DNA from: a virus
Taxonomy: Duplodnaviria; Caudoviricetes
DNA length: 27,975 nucleotides
Direction: 5' to 3' (one strand)
Virus record (IMG/VR): IMGVR_UViG_3300020500_000005
Coordinates: 1-27,975 of that record
Below are positions 25,714 through 27,975 of this stretch, one piece after another. The notes under the pieces were generated by a model, which ran no database searches, was not told where the DNA came from, and worked only from the letters and a program-made list of their open reading frames with translations. Position 1 is the first letter of the stretch; each line of letters starts with the position of its first letter. Made by a program: the position numbers and the translations under genes.

Positions 25714-26418
25714 TTAAATTTTTGATATATTTAATATTTTATTTAATTGTGATTCAAAATCTATAGTATTACCTACATCTCTCATTGCGATTAATACTGC
25801 AATATCTATGATTTTGTTTGATTGGAAAGTAGAGTTTACTTCTATATTTCTTTGTACAGCTAATGTTCCATCAGGTAGCTTATAAGTACCTCCTCCATTA
25901 ATAAAATCTTGGGGATTCCCTGGACGTAAAGGTTTTCTTATATAAGTGATAAATACTTTATCAATATCAAACCCTTCATAATATAAGTATAATTTATTTC
26001 CAGACATATCCATGTTTACTCTTTCAAAAGTATAAGAAGAATTAAACATTGGATCATTTGCGTATATATCGTCCTTTTGTATGAAAAAATTCTTAATTGT
26101 TTTCTTTGGACAAGTAGCTGTAAAACATACTGAATACGACTCTAAATATCTATAATAATCTGAAGGAAGATCTGCTGTGTAATAATCATCGTTAATCTTA
26201 GTTACAGCAAGAGGGAAGTCTTTTATTTCCAACTCTCTAATATCATCTCTTCTCTTTTGATTTATTTCTAGCTGTTCACAAATATTTTCCAACCATATTA
26301 TATATGCTTCCCATAAGTATTCATCAATCTGAGGCACTAAGAAATTAGCATTCCTTAAACCATCTACTTTGTTAGCATGTTGTTTAAACTTATAATGGGC
26401 ATCTTTAATTGAAAACAT
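25714..26418 (-). CDS. Ring/neck structural protein (crAss gene 74-like)
   Basis: 234 aa with IDEYLWEA, QKRRDDIREL, LPSDY, ITYIRKP and IIDIAV, typical of the crAss-like ring protein family. Confidence 0.7.
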   Translation of the reverse strand: MFSIKDAHYKFKQHANKVDGLRNANFLVPQIDEYLWEAYIIWLENICEQLEINQKRRDDIRELEIKDFPLAVTKINDDYYTADLPSDYYRYLESYSVCFTATCPKKTIKNFFIQKDDIYANDPMFNSSYTFERVNMDMSGNKLYLYYEGFDIDKVFITYIRKPLRPGNPQDFINGGGTYKLPDGTLAVQRNIEVNSTFQSNKIIDIAVLIAMRDVGNTIDFESQLNKILNISKI

Positions 26419-27329
26419 TATTTCATTTTAGCTTTTAAAGCCTCTTCTAGGCTTAGATATAATGATGAATTTTCTGGTTTTTGTAAGAAATCAATAATAT
26501 GAATAGTATCTGTTTGAAGCTGTTCTCCATTAAAGAATACTTTAACATTTTCTTTTCTTAACACAGCATATTGGTACATTTTTTCTACATTAATAGTAAT
26601 CTCCAATTTAGCTTTATTTTTAGGATCTGATAATTCAATAAATAAATCTTGAATTGCTGCTAAAGTTTCTTTATTTTCATTTTCTGTAATCTTAGAATAC
26701 AGTAAATCCTCAATAATGATTTCTTTCTCGTCTCCTGTTAATTTAATACCTAATGCGGTACTCATATCTCTTTTTTGTGATAAAGTAAGCTTATTGTATC
26801 TTTCGTGCAATTTGCTTGTTTTCTCACGCTTAGATTCTCTTATTGTAGCGTCTGCTACTTCATCTTCTATAATCCATTCTGCTGTTGGATGTTTTGAAAG
26901 AGAAGTTTCTCCTATAACTGTCATTGGATCTGCCGACATAATTGCATAAATCAATTCTTCTGTAGGTTTATTCAAGTCAAGAGTTTGAATATCTCTTCCT
27001 AATTTTGCTCTACACTTTGAATGTGTAAAGAATGGATCTTTTCTGTTAGAAGGATCTGCTGATGTGATTTTTTGATTAGTAATCTCATCGTTTAAAGCTA
27101 ATTTTCTAACCAATGTATTAATTTGCTCATCAGTGTATCTTTGGTTAATTGGACCTAGATTGTATCTATAAGAACTTTCATCAAATTGAGGCCTAATTGT
27201 ATTAGCGTTTGCTAAAAAAGCATAAGATTCTGATGCTTGTCTATAAGCAGGGTCAATATTAACTTGCCAATGCTTATTTTTTTTAATGTTTGGGTAAATT
27301 TTTACCTTTTTGTTTGTTAATGTGCTCAT
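26418..27329 (-). CDS. Conserved capsid-block protein (crAss gene 75-like)
   Basis: 303 aa with LDLNKPTEEL. It directly follows the capsid gene and is TAATG-coupled to the next gene. Confidence 0.6.
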   Translation of the reverse strand: MSTLTNKKVKIYPNIKKNKHWQVNIDPAYRQASESYAFLANANTIRPQFDESSYRYNLGPINQRYTDEQINTLVRKLALNDEITNQKITSADPSNRKDPFFTHSKCRAKLGRDIQTLDLNKPTEELIYAIMSADPMTVIGETSLSKHPTAEWIIEDEVADATIRESKREKTSKLHERYNKLTLSQKRDMSTALGIKLTGDEKEIIIEDLLYSKITENENKETLAAIQDLFIELSDPKNKAKLEITINVEKMYQYAVLRKENVKVFFNGEQLQTDTIHIIDFLQKPENSSLYLSLEEALKAKMK

Positions 27330-27355
27330 TTTTTTTTGTTTGTGTGTTTAAAAAA

Positions 27356-27431
27356 TAGTAGCAACGTACTGGAAACGAACCAGTTTAAATTGGCTTATGA
27401 GACCAACGAGATGCCTTACCTCCCACCTGCT
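27356..27431 (-). tRNA. Atypical tRNA with CAT anticodon (Met/Ile2-type; possibly pseudo or tRNA-like element)
   Basis: Minus strand: AGCAGGT GG GAGG-TAAGGCA-TCTC G TTGGT-CTCATAA-GCCAA TTTAA ACTGG-TTCGTTT-CCAGT ACGTTGCT A CTA. This is a complete cloverleaf with several non-canonical positions. Confidence 0.75.
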
Positions 27432-27463
27432 AAAAAAAGGGGTGATTAGGTGGCCCACCCCTT
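27432..27463 (-). terminator. Intrinsic terminator after the major capsid gene
   Basis: AAGGGGTG (27437-27444) / CACCCCTT (27456-27463) followed by a T7 run on the minus strand. Confidence 0.8.
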
Positions 27464-27479
27464 AAAGCCTATGGTTATT

Positions 27480-27975
27480 TTATTTTCCTCTTAATACTGC
27501 TGGAATTAACTCACCGCATTTTGTAACATCTTTTACCATGATACCTGCGTATTCCATTCTATGTACGGTCCAGAAGTCACCTGAGTGAGACATCATTGAA
27601 CCTTGGTTGTTTCCGTAAGGGCTAGATAATCCACCTTCAAATCCGTAAGCAACATCTCTCTTAGATTTCAAGTAAGAAATATTTTTACCAAAACCGTCAC
27701 CTACTCCGTAGTTTACAAATGTAAATCTTGAAGACTCTGCTGGATAACCATTCTCATCTAAAATAGTGTTGAATGTAACGTCATCGTAAGCTTTCATGTG
27801 CATAACTGTCAATGAACCACCAAATTTTAATTTGTATTGAGTCCATGGAGTTTCAGTGTAAGACAATCCTGTTGGTCCACCTGGTACTAATGAAGTTCCG
27901 TCAGTTTTGATGAAATAGTCTTTCATATCTTTGAAGAAACCTTGAGTGATTTGGTTGATAGCTTCATCAAACAAT
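27480..27975 (-). CDS. Major capsid protein, C-terminal part (5'-truncated)
   Basis: The frame is open to the window edge, so the track's TTG start is an edge artefact. C-terminal GIMVKDVTKCGELIP resembles crAss-like capsid termini, and a strong terminator follows. Confidence 0.75.
   Translation of the reverse strand, partial: LFDEAINQITQGFFKDMKDYFIKTDGTSLVPGGPTGLSYTETPWTQYKLKFGGSLTVMHMKAYDDVTFNTILDENGYPAESSRFTFVNYGVGDGFGKNISYLKSKRDVAYGFEGGLSSPYGNNQGSMMSHSGDFWTVHRMEYAGIMVKDVTKCGELIPAVLRGK

Noticed and set aside
27330-27356. tRNA-associated HDV-like (theta) ribozyme downstream of the tRNA
   Set aside because: Only 26 nt of AC/T-rich leader follows, too short and unstructured.

Overview
This is an AT-rich, densely coding fragment of a crAss-like (Crassvirales-type) bacteriophage genome, probably infecting a Bacteroidota host. 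All credible genes lie on the minus strand. Reading from right to left, the window holds the C-terminus of the major capsid protein, a terminator followed immediately by an atypical tRNA(CAT)-like element, and conserved capsid-block genes (gene-75-like, ring protein, auxiliary capsid protein). Next come a tandemly duplicated three-gene fibre cassette, phoH, putative tail hub proteins, several Cys-rich fibre genes and a five-gene lysis module (holin-like proteins, M15 endolysin, spanin-like proteins rich in D-S/T-hydrophobic sequons). A ~660 nt non-coding island with three Bacteroidota-type promoters and a probable structured RNA follows. The left part holds a metallophosphoesterase, ring/IHF/ring/muzzle tail genes and a >1078 aa modular cargo/ejection protein that the ORF track missed, with lytic transglycosylase-like and GNAT-like domains separated by YxxGG motifs. 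Crassvirales assignments rest on recalled motifs plus gene order, not on database searches.
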